DNA of 62,839 bases, the filler included, from Gemmatimonadota bacterium (lineage in GTDB: Bacteria; 4572-55; J002), in assembly GCA_003697105.1 (NCBI GenBank). It is 6 parts of 5 records of this genome, joined end to end, with 100 filler letters (N's around TTAATTAATTAA, not from the genome) between each part and the next. Parts side by side here need not be neighbours in the genome. Positions count along the whole stretch, not along the records: positions 3,488 to 16,977 come from RFFQ01000095.1; positions 17,078 to 23,311 come from RFFQ01000097.1; 4 more parts are not named here. One strand, written 5' to 3'. The notes under the pieces are model-generated. The model had not been told where the DNA came from and ran no database searches. It saw nothing but the letters and a program-made list of their open reading frames with translations. A program made the translations under genes and the position numbers. Positions 9,528 through 20,100 of this stretch are shown piece after piece; position 1 is the stretch's first letter; each line of letters begins with the position of its first letter.

Positions 9528-11408
9528 ATGGGTCACAAGCTCAAACAACTTTGGCGTTTGATGCAGGGTGAAGAAAAACGGTACTGGGGAGCGATTTTAG
9601 CACTCGGTTTTGCTACTGTATTTGTATTTATGGTGCCGCTGGTGGTACGGATCACCATTGATTCGATCATCGGTGATAAACCCCTTGATGCGCCCGGCTG
9701 GATTGTCTCCGCCATTCACCGGGTGGGGGGCGTTGAGTTTTTGCAACACCATTTATGGGTGATTGCCTTGATAATGGTTGTGTTGACCGCCGGACAGGGC
9801 GTGTTCATGTATCTTAAAGGTCGTTGGTCGGCAGAAGCAGCAGAATCTATGGCAAAACGACTGCGAGAGCAGTTATACGACCATTTACAAAAACTCCCAT
9901 TTGCCTACCATTCCCGGGCGGAAACCGGTGACCTCATTCAGCGGTGTACCTCGGACGTAGAGACGATCCGCCGCTTTTTTGCGGTGCAATTTGTGGAAGT
10001 AGGACGGGCGCTAATGATGCTTGCGTTGGTCTTGCCCATTATGCTTTCCTTAGATGTGCAGATGACTCTGGTGGCAATGGCGGCGGTGCCGGTTATTATT
10101 GCTTTTGCCGTCTTCTTTTTCATTAAAGTGAAAGCCGCTTTTCAACTTTCGGATGAAGCTGAAGGTGAACTTTCTACCGTGTTGCAGGAAAATTTAACCG
10201 GTATTCGTGTGGTACGGGCGTTTGCGCGGCATGATTATGAAATCGATAAATTTGATGCGAAAAATGTTGATTTTCGGGATAAAACATACCGTTTGATTAC
10301 CCTGTTAGCACTGTATTGGGGGCTTTCGGATTTAATTTGTCTAAGCCAGATTGCGGCAGTGCTTGTTGCGGGGGCATACTTTGCTACACAAGGCACGCTG
10401 ACGCTGGGCACCGTGGTTGTGTTTGTCACGTATGAGGGGATGTTGTTGTGGCCTATCCGTCACATGGGACGGGTACTGACCGATATGGGCAAAGCGTTAG
10501 TCTCTATCGGGCGAATTCAGGAGATTCTGGATGAACCTCAAGAGGATATGCTCCAGGGGTATCCACCTGAGGGACATGATACATTGAAAGGTGAGTTGGT
10601 TTTTGACCGGTTGTCGTTTGGTTATACTCCAGATTTGCCGGTGTTGAAGGAGGTTTCCTTCCGCATTCAACCGGGACAAACTGTGGCGATCATGGGTCCC
10701 ACAGGAGCGGGTAAATCGACTCTCGTCAACCTAATTCCGCGCCTGTATGATTACCAGCAGGGTTCTATCCGGCTGGATGGGCGTGAATTGAACACGTATG
10801 ACCGTCACTGGCTACGCCAACAAATCGCGATTGTCCTCCAGGAGCCTTTTTTGTACTCCAAAACGATCCGTGACAACATCCGCTTGAGCCGCAAAAGTGC
10901 ACCAGACCGCGAGGTGTATGACGCCGCTTCGGTTGCATCGATTCATGACGTCATCCTTGATTTTGAAAAAGGGTATGATACCGCGGTGGGAGAGCGGGGG
11001 GTAACGCTTTCCGGTGGGCAGAAACAGCGGATTGCGATCGCCCGGGCAATTTTGCAAAATGCCCCCATCCTCATTTTTGATGATTCGCTCAGTGCGGTGG
11101 ATACCGAAACTGAAGCCAAGATTCAACGGGCATTGGCGCAACGAGCCGGACGGGCAACAACGATCATCATTGCGCACCGCTTGACGACGGTGAAACATGC
11201 GGATTTGATTCTGGTACTGGAAGACGGGCGGGTAACGCAAATTGGTAATCATGACCAACTTATGCGGCAAGATGGCTTATACCGCCGCATCTGGAACATC
11301 CAACATGCTTTGGAGCAGGATATTGCCGATGAAATCGGTGAATCGAACGAATTTTATCCGGTGGATGATGATTCCCGGATCGATGAACCGGTCTTAACCC
11401 GTTCGTAA
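9528..11408 (+). CDS. Heterodimeric type IV ABC exporter, subunit 1 (TMD+NBD)
   Basis: TM domain, GPTGAGKS, LSGGQKQR, degenerate Walker B ILIFDD; GGAGA RBS. Confidence 0.95.
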   Translation: MGHKLKQLWRLMQGEEKRYWGAILALGFATVFVFMVPLVVRITIDSIIGDKPLDAPGWIVSAIHRVGGVEFLQHHLWVIALIMVVLTAGQGVFMYLKGRWSAEAAESMAKRLREQLYDHLQKLPFAYHSRAETGDLIQRCTSDVETIRRFFAVQFVEVGRALMMLALVLPIMLSLDVQMTLVAMAAVPVIIAFAVFFFIKVKAAFQLSDEAEGELSTVLQENLTGIRVVRAFARHDYEIDKFDAKNVDFRDKTYRLITLLALYWGLSDLICLSQIAAVLVAGAYFATQGTLTLGTVVVFVTYEGMLLWPIRHMGRVLTDMGKALVSIGRIQEILDEPQEDMLQGYPPEGHDTLKGELVFDRLSFGYTPDLPVLKEVSFRIQPGQTVAIMGPTGAGKSTLVNLIPRLYDYQQGSIRLDGRELNTYDRHWLRQQIAIVLQEPFLYSKTIRDNIRLSRKSAPDREVYDAASVASIHDVILDFEKGYDTAVGERGVTLSGGQKQRIAIARAILQNAPILIFDDSLSAVDTETEAKIQRALAQRAGRATTIIIAHRLTTVKHADLILVLEDGRVTQIGNHDQLMRQDGLYRRIWNIQHALEQDIADEIGESNEFYPVDDDSRIDEPVLTRS

Positions 11409-11494
11409 GGGGGGACGTGACGCCACTCACCCATTTTGATCTAGTTGTTTTAGGATTGTCCGTTATTTTTGCCCTATTTAATCCGGAGGGGATG

Positions 11495-12268
11495 ATGAAA
11501 AAAGCATTCAAAACCACTTTTGATGAGATCCCAGCCTTGTATGATGAAGTTCGTCCAACGTATCCAGCACCTTTAATCGAGGATATTATCACGTTGTCAA
11601 ATTTGCGGGACAACGCCTCGATTGTTGAGATTGGGTGCGGAACAGGTCAGGCGACAACGCCTTTTTTAGAACGGGGTTATTCCGTGCTCGCAGTGGAGTT
11701 AGGGCAACATCTGGCGGAATTTACCCGGCAAAAATTTGCAAATTATGCCCATTTTGCTGTTGAAGTGGCGAGTTTTGAAGCGTGGCAACCCCCAGATTCG
11801 CAATTTGATCTGTTGATCGCCGGGCAGGTGTTCCACTGGATTGAACCGGAATTGGGGTTGAACAAAGCGGCATCCATCTTAAAGCCGAATGGGTCGATTG
11901 CCCTCTTTTGGAATACAGATGTCTCTTGGGAAACGCCGTTTTACCACGCAACAAACGCCATCTATGAACGTTTCTATGTGGAACGTCCTAAAGCCCAAAA
12001 ACCGGGTACAGGGTCGGATTTATACGCCGAACATCTCGCCCAACATCCTGACTTTATAAAATTTCAGACCCGTATCTATCCGTGGCAGGAAACGTACACC
12101 AAAGAACGGTACTTTAAACTATTGGATACCTTTTCCCCGCACCGGGTTCTTGAACCGGAGGTACGGCATCAATTTTATGATGAACTGGCACAAGTGGTTG
12201 ACCAATTTGGGGGAAATGTTACTCGATTTTATGAAGCTGTATTGCTCATCGCTAAACGAAAGGACTAA
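11495..12268 (+). CDS. Class I SAM-dependent methyltransferase
   Basis: YDEVRPTYP, VEIGCGTG motif I, FDLLIAGQVFHW, LKPNGSI; GGAGGG RBS supports start at 11492/11495 rather than 11417. Confidence 0.9.
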   Translation: MKKAFKTTFDEIPALYDEVRPTYPAPLIEDIITLSNLRDNASIVEIGCGTGQATTPFLERGYSVLAVELGQHLAEFTRQKFANYAHFAVEVASFEAWQPPDSQFDLLIAGQVFHWIEPELGLNKAASILKPNGSIALFWNTDVSWETPFYHATNAIYERFYVERPKAQKPGTGSDLYAEHLAQHPDFIKFQTRIYPWQETYTKERYFKLLDTFSPHRVLEPEVRHQFYDELAQVVDQFGGNVTRFYEAVLLIAKRKD

Positions 12269-12271
12269 CTC

Positions 12272-12820
12272 ATGTTTAAATGGCAGATTGATGACCATCT
12301 GGAATTAGGTCTGTTGGAGTGGCGTCATGCTGAAGAATTATTCGCTGTGGTCGATGCGAATCGAGCCTATCTGCGGGAGTGGTTGCCGTGGGTGGATGGA
12401 TCGAAAACGGTCGCGGATTCTCTGGATTTTATCCAGCGCAGTGCCCAGCAATGGGCAGATAACCGCGGTTTTCAAGCGTGTATCCTCTTCAAGGGCAATA
12501 TTGCCGGAATGATCGGCTTTCATCGGGTCGATTGGCAGGATCACAAGTGTGAAATCGGTTATTGGCTTCGGGCAGATTTACAAGGGCAGGGTATCGTGAC
12601 TAAATGCTGTCAGGCATTAGTTGACTTTGCCTTTACCGAATGGCAGATGAATCGAGTTGAAATCCACTGTGGTGCCGGAAACATCAAAAGTCAGGCAATT
12701 CCGGTACGGTTGGGGTTTGTGCAGGAAGGTATTCAACGTCAGGCGGCAAAATTGCGCGATCAGTTTGTTGATCATGTCATCTTTAGCCAGTTAAGGGACG
12801 AATGGAGTGCCAGACGTTAA
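12272..12820 (+). CDS. GNAT N-acetyltransferase, RimJ/RimL (YdaF-like) family
   Basis: NRAYLREWLPW, EIGYWL, QGQGIVT, NIKSQAIPVRLGF. Confidence 0.92.
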   Translation: MFKWQIDDHLELGLLEWRHAEELFAVVDANRAYLREWLPWVDGSKTVADSLDFIQRSAQQWADNRGFQACILFKGNIAGMIGFHRVDWQDHKCEIGYWLRADLQGQGIVTKCCQALVDFAFTEWQMNRVEIHCGAGNIKSQAIPVRLGFVQEGIQRQAAKLRDQFVDHVIFSQLRDEWSARR

Positions 12821-12932
12821 TACGTGTCTCTCCTGAATGGTTTGAGCCGGTAACAAAGTTAAATACGTGCCGGTTTTGCACCAAACGGGTCTTGAAACAG
12901 CCGTTTTAACTACCATGTAACGAGGTGTAACA

Positions 12933-14828
12933 ATGTCATCTTATGAAGCATTTCAAGAAGAAGATTATTCCAAACGGTTTGATCTCGCACTTTGGAAGAA
13001 AGTGTTGCGGTTTACGCTACCACACAAAAAGTATATGATTTTACTGGCAGTATTTATGGTTTCACTAGCGGCATTGGATGCATCCTTGCCCTTGCTCACG
13101 ATGTACGCCATTGATCATTTTATTGCCAAGAACACGCTGGAGGGGTTACCTCTCTTTGTGTTGATTTATCTGGTGATTATTATCGGATTTTCGTTGGTTG
13201 TGTTTTGCTTTATTTCGATTGCCGGACGGATTGAAACGTATGTCTGTTATGATATTCGTACAGCCGGTTTCAAGCGGTTGCAGGAACTTTCCTTCAGTTA
13301 TTTTGATCGAAAACCGGTCGGTTGGTTAATGGCACGTATGACCTCCGATATTCAGCGTTTATCGGATACCATTGCTTGGGGTGTGGTCGATTTTGTCTGG
13401 GGAACAACGATGATGGCAGGTATTGCGCTGGTGATGCTCTATCTCAACTGGAAAATAGGGCTGATTGTGCTGACCGTTGTGCCGATGCTGGCGATTGTGA
13501 GCCTCTATTTCCAAAAGATGATCCTCAAATCGTACCGTAATGTTCGTAAATTGAATTCCCGGATTACCGCGAGTTTCAATGAGGGCATCATGGGGGCAAA
13601 AACGACGAAGACGTTGGTGCGCGAAGCAGAAAATCTGCAAGAATTCAAGGAACTCACTGGCGGGATGTACCGGTCTTCCGTTTTAGCGGCGGTACAGTCG
13701 TCGCTCTATTTACCATTTGTGCTGGTGATTGGTGCCATCGGATCGGGATTAGCCATCTGGTTTGGGGGTTCGGGAGTCATTGCGGGCACCCTCACCTACG
13801 GAACGTTGGTTGCGTTTATCTCGTATGCCCAGCAGTTTTTTAATCCGGTACAGGAACTTGCCCGTATTTTCGCCGAGTTGCAGAATGCGCAAGCGTCTGC
13901 CGAGCGAGTGATGTCTATGATTGAAACCGAACCGGAAATTAAAGATGACCCGCAAGTTCTACAACAGTACGAAAGGGTACACCATCCACCCCAAAATGGG
14001 AAGCAACGCGGTGTAAGTACTACCAGAGTGATGTCCCAACAAGACCGGAGTGTCCCCCGGATGAGAGGTCAGATCGAGTTTTGTCATGTGGATTTTGCCT
14101 ACAAGGAAGGACAACACGTCCTCTCGGACTTTAATCTGACCGTCCGTCCGGGGGAAACCATCGCCTTGGTAGGCGAGACCGGTGCCGGGAAAAGTACCAT
14201 TGTGAATCTGGCTTGCCGGTTTTACGAACCCACCGGCGGGATCATCAAAATTGATGGTACGGATTACACCCGGTTACCGCTCCACTGGATTCATTCAAAC
14301 TTGGGTGTGGTGTTACAATCTCCCCATTTATTTAGTGGTACCATTTTGGAAAACATCCGCTATGGGCGGTTGGATGCCACCGATGAACAGGTGGTAGAGG
14401 CGGCAAAGTTGGTACATGCGCATCACTTTATCACTACGTTTGAAAACGGCTATCATACGGAAGTGGGCGAGGGGGGTAGTTTGCTCTCCACCGGGCAGAA
14501 GCAGTTGATCTCGTTTGCACGTGCGATATTAGCCGATCCTGCCCTGTTTATTTTAGATGAAGCGACTTCTTCAGTGGATACGGAAACTGAGCAACTCATC
14601 CAAAAAGCGATTGATCGCGTACTGGAAAACCGTACCAGTTTCATCATTGCCCACCGGCTTTCAACCATCCGGGCGGCAGACCGAATTTTAGTGCTCGAAT
14701 ATGGCAAGATCATCGAACAAGGCAACCACCATGACCTATTGTTGAAAAAGGGTCATTACTATAACTTGTACACCCAACAGTTTGTGCATGAACATGAGGA
14801 AGTCATGCTCGGGGCTTGTCAAGCGTGA
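12933..14828 (+). CDS. Heterodimeric type IV ABC exporter, subunit 2 (TMD+NBD)
   Basis: GETGAGKS, degenerate signature LSTGQ, canonical Walker B FILDE, IAHR. Confidence 0.95.
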   Translation: MSSYEAFQEEDYSKRFDLALWKKVLRFTLPHKKYMILLAVFMVSLAALDASLPLLTMYAIDHFIAKNTLEGLPLFVLIYLVIIIGFSLVVFCFISIAGRIETYVCYDIRTAGFKRLQELSFSYFDRKPVGWLMARMTSDIQRLSDTIAWGVVDFVWGTTMMAGIALVMLYLNWKIGLIVLTVVPMLAIVSLYFQKMILKSYRNVRKLNSRITASFNEGIMGAKTTKTLVREAENLQEFKELTGGMYRSSVLAAVQSSLYLPFVLVIGAIGSGLAIWFGGSGVIAGTLTYGTLVAFISYAQQFFNPVQELARIFAELQNAQASAERVMSMIETEPEIKDDPQVLQQYERVHHPPQNGKQRGVSTTRVMSQQDRSVPRMRGQIEFCHVDFAYKEGQHVLSDFNLTVRPGETIALVGETGAGKSTIVNLACRFYEPTGGIIKIDGTDYTRLPLHWIHSNLGVVLQSPHLFSGTILENIRYGRLDATDEQVVEAAKLVHAHHFITTFENGYHTEVGEGGSLLSTGQKQLISFARAILADPALFILDEATSSVDTETEQLIQKAIDRVLENRTSFIIAHRLSTIRAADRILVLEYGKIIEQGNHHDLLLKKGHYYNLYTQQFVHEHEEVMLGACQA

Positions 14829-14849
14829 ACATGTTGAACCAAATTTTTT

Positions 14850-14888
14850 GATGCGGCTCAAATTTTGTGTCGAGCCGCATCTTTTTTG
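14850..14888 (+). terminator. Intrinsic terminator of the ABC operon
   Basis: GATGCGGCTC / GAGCCGCATC 10-bp stem followed by T7. Confidence 0.85.
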
Positions 14889-15006
14889 GTTTGGCTTTGG
14901 GCGTGTTTCTGTTATATTGCAAACTGGCATGGTGCCACATACCACCCATGAATTGGGGTATAACTCTTATCCACGACGATAACTTGCCCACTATGAGGAA
15001 GTTACG

Positions 15007-15834
15007 ATGAAATTTATCAGCCTTTCTATTGCCAAATACCGACTATCACTGTGGATTCTGGCAGTGATCATCACCCTAAGTTCCGCATATTACCAGCGCC
15101 GTACCGGACCCAGTTATCCGGTAAAAGGTCAGATTAAAATTGATCAGACCAATGTAAGATTTAAATTGATTCGTAGTGAAACGGTCGGGAGGGATGCTGT
15201 GGTGAAATTGATCGTACCGCTGGAGCATGTTGGTGGGTTCGTGAAATATCGTCGATACCGTTCGAATGATGGCTGGTCAGAAATTCCATTGAGGCGTGAA
15301 GGTGACCACTTGATCGCGCATTTGCCCCAACAGCCCGCGGCGGGAAAACTCATGTATTACGTCTATTTGCATATAAACGGGCAGCACGTTTCACTTTCGG
15401 GGGAAAACCCCGTAATCTTACGCTATAAAGATGCTATTCCGGTGGCAGTGCTGGCCTCCCACATCGGGTGTATGTTTATCGCCATGCTCTTTTCCAACCG
15501 AATCTTGTTGGAGGCTCTGGATGCTGAGGGTAATACCCGTGGTTTGCTCAATTTGACCATTGGATTTTTGATTTTGGGAGGGATGATCTTAGGTCCTATC
15601 GTCCAAAAATTTGCATTTGGGGCATACTGGACAGGGTTCCCCTTGGGTCACGATTTGACCGACAATAAAACCTTGATTGCTCTTACAGGTTGGGTAGTTG
15701 CATGGGTGAAACATCATCAGCGTCAGCAGGATCGATTCTGGATTTTCGCGGCGGCTGTGTTGATGCTGGTCGTTTATTTGATTCCGCATAGCCTGTTGGG
15801 TTCCGAGCTGGATTACATTCAAATTGATCCTTAA
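15007..15834 (+). CDS. Hypothetical membrane protein
   Basis: N-terminal TM, soluble domain (YQRRTGPSYP...PQQPAAGK), about 4 C-terminal TMs (WTGFPLGHDLTDNKT). Confidence 0.75.
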   Translation: MKFISLSIAKYRLSLWILAVIITLSSAYYQRRTGPSYPVKGQIKIDQTNVRFKLIRSETVGRDAVVKLIVPLEHVGGFVKYRRYRSNDGWSEIPLRREGDHLIAHLPQQPAAGKLMYYVYLHINGQHVSLSGENPVILRYKDAIPVAVLASHIGCMFIAMLFSNRILLEALDAEGNTRGLLNLTIGFLILGGMILGPIVQKFAFGAYWTGFPLGHDLTDNKTLIALTGWVVAWVKHHQRQQDRFWIFAAAVLMLVVYLIPHSLLGSELDYIQIDP

Positions 15835-15882
15835 TCTCTATTGCGCTTCGGGTTTGGTTATGACGAAGGCGCACAAAATGAA

Positions 15883-16701
15883 ATGAAAAAAATGGTTTAT
15901 CTGATTCCGTTGATTATAACCGGCGTGTTGTTGGTGATCTTATTTCTGTATTACCACTTTCAAGACCGGTTGATCTATTATCCTTACCGCGAACATGTCA
16001 ATGAACCTCCGCCAATGACGGAAGTGGTGCGCTTAACCAGCCGGTACTCGCACCAAATTGAAGGTTGGTTTGTGCCGGTGGATTTATCCCGGGGTACTGT
16101 TTTGTTCTGCCATGGTAACGGAGGGAATATCTCTCATCGGGTGGAAACGATCCGTATCATCAATAGCTTGGGTCTGAATATTTTTTTATTTGATTATCAG
16201 GGATATGGTAACAGCGAAGGCAAACCCTCCGAACAAAACACTTACGCAGATGCCCAAGTCGCATGGGAGTATCTTACGCAAACTCGCAAGATTGCACCGG
16301 ATTCCATCATTATTTGGGGACGTTCTTTAGGTGGCGCTATTGCGACGGAATTAGCGTTGCATCATAATCCCCAAGCGCTGATTTTAGAGTCCACGTTCAC
16401 CTCGTTACCCGAAATCGGTGCAGAATTGTATCCCTACTTACCAGTACGCCGATTTGCTCGCTATCGTTATGATACAATCTCGAAAATCACTCAGATTCAT
16501 TGCCCCCTTTTGATCATCCACAGCCGTACAGATGGGTTGATTCCATTTCATCATGCGGAGCGTCTCTTTCAAGCCGCAAACGAACCCAAATCATTTTTGG
16601 AAATTCAAGGTGACCACAATCACGGTTTTCTGGAATCGGAAATGGTTTATCGGGCAGGAATCGACCGGTTTATTTCCGCCGTTATGGCGGGTGGAATCTA
16701 A
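15883..16701 (+). CDS. Membrane-anchored alpha/beta hydrolase (ABHD13/BEM46-like)
   Basis: HGNGGN, DYQGYG, GRSLGG nucleophile elbow, D and GDHN triad residues. Confidence 0.92.
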   Translation: MKKMVYLIPLIITGVLLVILFLYYHFQDRLIYYPYREHVNEPPPMTEVVRLTSRYSHQIEGWFVPVDLSRGTVLFCHGNGGNISHRVETIRIINSLGLNIFLFDYQGYGNSEGKPSEQNTYADAQVAWEYLTQTRKIAPDSIIIWGRSLGGAIATELALHHNPQALILESTFTSLPEIGAELYPYLPVRRFARYRYDTISKITQIHCPLLIIHSRTDGLIPFHHAERLFQAANEPKSFLEIQGDHNHGFLESEMVYRAGIDRFISAVMAGGI

Positions 16702-16703
16702 AC

Positions 16704-16732
16704 TTGCCAATTGACTTTATCTGGTGTATATT
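16704..16732 (+). promoter_or_regulatory. Putative sigma70 promoter
   Basis: TTGCCA-17 bp-TATATT. Confidence 0.5.
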
Positions 16733-16780
16733 GAACCCATAAACACGGGTTTTATTTCGCTTATAATTGGGGTGATGGAC

Positions 16781-16977
16781 ATGTCTAACGAATTAAATGA
16801 TCGGGAATTCAAATCAGCCGTTTTAGAGGGTCTGGCGGTTTTAAAGGCGAGTTTTGTCCAACTGGATGAGCGGATGAATTACTTGCAAGGCGACGTGAGT
16901 ATCCTCAAACGAGATATGGTTGAAGTGAAACAAGATATTGCTGTTTTGAAAGAAGATGTTGCCGTCTTAAAGAAAGA
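16781..16977 (+). CDS. Heptad-repeat coiled-coil protein, truncated by contig end
   Basis: DVSILKR-DMVEVKQ-DIAVLKE-DVAVLKK heptads running into the gap. Confidence 0.7.
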
Positions 16978-17077
16978 NNNNNNNNNNNNNNNNNNNNNNN
17001 NNNNNNNNNNNNNNNNNNNNNTTAATTAATTAANNNNNNNNNNNNNNNNNNNNNNNNNNNNNNNNNNNNNNNNNNNN
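16978..17077. other. Artificial contig linker
   Basis: N44-TTAATTAATTAA-N44. Confidence 0.99.
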
Positions 17078-17138
17078 AACTCACAAACTCATCAAACTCA
17101 CAAACTCATCAAACTCACAAACTCATCAAACTCACAAA
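17078..17138. repeat. Perfect 17-bp tandem repeat (AACTCACAAACTCATCA) x3.6, truncated by contig start
   Basis: Read directly; alternating 8- and 9-mers with AACTC core. Confidence 0.95.
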
Positions 17139-17151
17139 AACGGAGGTTGTT

Positions 17152-20100
17152 ATGCGTAAGTTTTGGCTTGTTCTAGGCATGTTGATATTCTTTGGGGGAA
17201 TATGGTACATCTGGTACATGCACAACAAAATAAAGGTTTCAGAAGAAGAATCGGCGCCAATGATGATCATGGGACCGGAAAAAGTCAAAGGCGAACCTAA
17301 AAAAGCACCGAACGAGTGGTTTTACCGGCAGCGGGCATATCCATATCCTGAAATCCGGCAGGAGAGTTTTCAACAAGCGTTAGGTCAGGCAAAGCGGGAT
17401 TATGCTGCCACATCTGCGCATTTACGCACGCCAGAATGGGAATTTGCCGGACCCACCAACATCGGAGCACGGATTACGGATTTAGCAGTACATCCAGATG
17501 ATCCAAATACGATTTACGCGGGTGCGGCAAGCGGGGGAATCATCAAATCCACCGATGGGGGTACGACGTGGCAACCCATTTTTGATGATGTCGCTCCTGC
17601 ACCAATGGGTGCGGTTGCGATTGATCCCAACAATCCTGATATTTTGTATGCCGGAACGGGTGAAGCCAATGCCTCTAGTTATAGTTTTTTTGGTGTTGGA
17701 ATGTTCAAATCTACTGATGCAGGAGCCACCTGGAGCGGGATTGGGCTTGAGGACACTCGCTATATTGGGCGTATCGCCATCGATCCGGAAAATTCAAACC
17801 GATTATTTGTAGCCGCTTGCGGTAAGCTCTTCGGGACAAATGCGGAACGTGGCATCTATCGCTCTACGAATGGCGGTGATAGTTGGGAACGGGTTTTGTT
17901 TGTCAGCGACTCTACCGCGGCAATTGATGTCGCACTCAAACCCGACAATCCAAATGTGGTTTATGCCGCCATGTGGGAACGCGTTCGTGGCTTGAATTAT
18001 CGCAAATCCGGTGGTCACACTTCCGGCTTATGGAAATCCACAGATGGTGGCAATACTTGGAGCGAGATGACTAATGGTCTGCCACAGGGAAGTAATGTCG
18101 GACGTCCGGCAATTGGAGTGACTCCAGATGACCCAAACTATGTTTACGCCATCTATGCCGATGATCCGGGTTACTTTTTGGGCGTTTATCGCTCTACCGA
18201 CGCCGGATCGTCTTGGACCCAACTGAATAGCAATGGTCTGGAAAATATGTACCGTAGTTTTGGCTGGTATTTTGGACGAATCCAACCCAGCCCACTTGAT
18301 AAAGATTTGGTTTACGTACTCGGCGTCAGCCTTCATCGCACCACAAACGGTGGGCAAAGTTGGGTTACCTTGGCAGATTACGGGATTGGCGATATTCACG
18401 TCGATCACCATGCGCTTTGGATCAATCCCGCAGATGGAACTGTAATCAATGGGAACGATGGTGGAATTTACGCCAGTACAAACAACGGCACTAGTTGGAC
18501 AAAATTTTATGATTTGCCCATCAGCCAATTTTATGCAATTGCAATTGATCACAGCAACCCCCACCGCCTTTATGGCGGCACTCAGGATAACGGTACACTT
18601 CGCACCTGGGATGGTAGCACCGATAATTGGGATCATATTTTGGGGGGTGACGGCTTTTACTGTCTCGTCCATCCACAAAACTCAAATATCATCTGGGCAG
18701 AATCCCAATACGGAAATCTTCAAAAATCGACCGATGGTGGCAATGATTTTAATTCCGCCTTATCTGGAATCGATAATAATGATCGGACGAACTGGTCAAC
18801 CCCGGTGGTGATGGACCCGACCAATCCCGATGTGATGTATTACGGCTCTATGCGCGTTTATCGCAGTACAAATGGCGCAAATTCGTGGACGCCAATCAGT
18901 GGCGACTTGACCAACGGTTACAGTGGCTCCCCTAGCTTTAACACGATCACCACCATTGCCGTGGCAACCACGGATCCCAACGTGATTTATGTCGGTACAG
19001 ACGATGGCAATGTGCAGGTGACGTTTGATGGCGGCGATAACTGGCACCACATTTCGGCAGATTTACCCAACCGCTGGATCACGCGAGTCGCCGTAGACCC
19101 GACAGATGCGTTGATCGCGTATGTCACACTCTCTGGTTTCCGTTGGGAGGAGGAAATACCACATGTGTTCCGTACCACGGACGGCGGGAACAGTTGGACG
19201 AATATTTCCGGAAATTTGCCGGAAGCACCGGTCAATGTGCTGATTATTGATCCCGAAAATACGAATGTTCTTTATGTTGGGACAGATTTTGGTGTGTATT
19301 ACACCCAAAATCTGGGAGGGTTTTGGCGCCGTTTAGGAGGTAACCATCCTCTCTGTCCGGTGGTTGATCTGAAACTGCATAATCCTACCCGCAAGTTGGT
19401 TTCGGGTACATACGGGCGTTCCATGTTTACCCTCGATCTAGAATCCATTGACACCGAAGGTTTCCAAGGATACATCACCGATAGTAACAGCGGTGATCCA
19501 GTCAATCACGTCCGGGTATTCGTCCCAGATCAGGGTTATGAGGCATTTAGTGACGAAAATGGACATTATTTTTTACCGACACCCCCGGGAACATACACCT
19601 TGCACGCGGAACGGTTCGGTTATGCGGACTGGCTCTCTGAAATGGAATATACGGTCGCTGTAGAAGAAACGGTTGAAGTGGATATTACCCTAACACCCCA
19701 TACCACCGGTCATTTTTCGGGTAGTGTCAGCAGTTCACGGGGCGGTATGGTTGCCGGCGCCCAATTTACGGCATCCGGCGTGCCGATTGATCCATTTTAT
19801 ACGGATGAACGTGGGATGTTTGCCACCAATTTACCCGGAGATTACGAGTACACGTTTACTATTTCCGCACCCGATCATGATCCGCAAGAATTGACGGTAT
19901 TTATCCCCGCCGGTGGCGAGACGGAAGAGACGTTGCAACTCAATTTTGTGCAAAGTTTTGAGAGCAGTGATGGCGCATTCACTCGCAGTAATGGTTTCAA
20001 TGAATGGGAGTGGGGAACACCTACCGAAAATGGAGGTCCTCCCGCCGCTTACGAGGGTCAGAACGTATGGGGCACGGATTTGGATGGTCTGTATGATCCG

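Noticed and set aside
17078-17138. Possible CRISPR array (also 29691-29780 and the twin hairpins at 9355-9457)
   Set aside because: Units are 8-17 bp with no unique spacers, or only two copies; no cas genes
18028-18678. Long antisense ORFs (e.g. 18028..18678, 27707..28390, 4990..5493)
   Set aside because: Fully overlap well-supported genes and show no recognisable motifs
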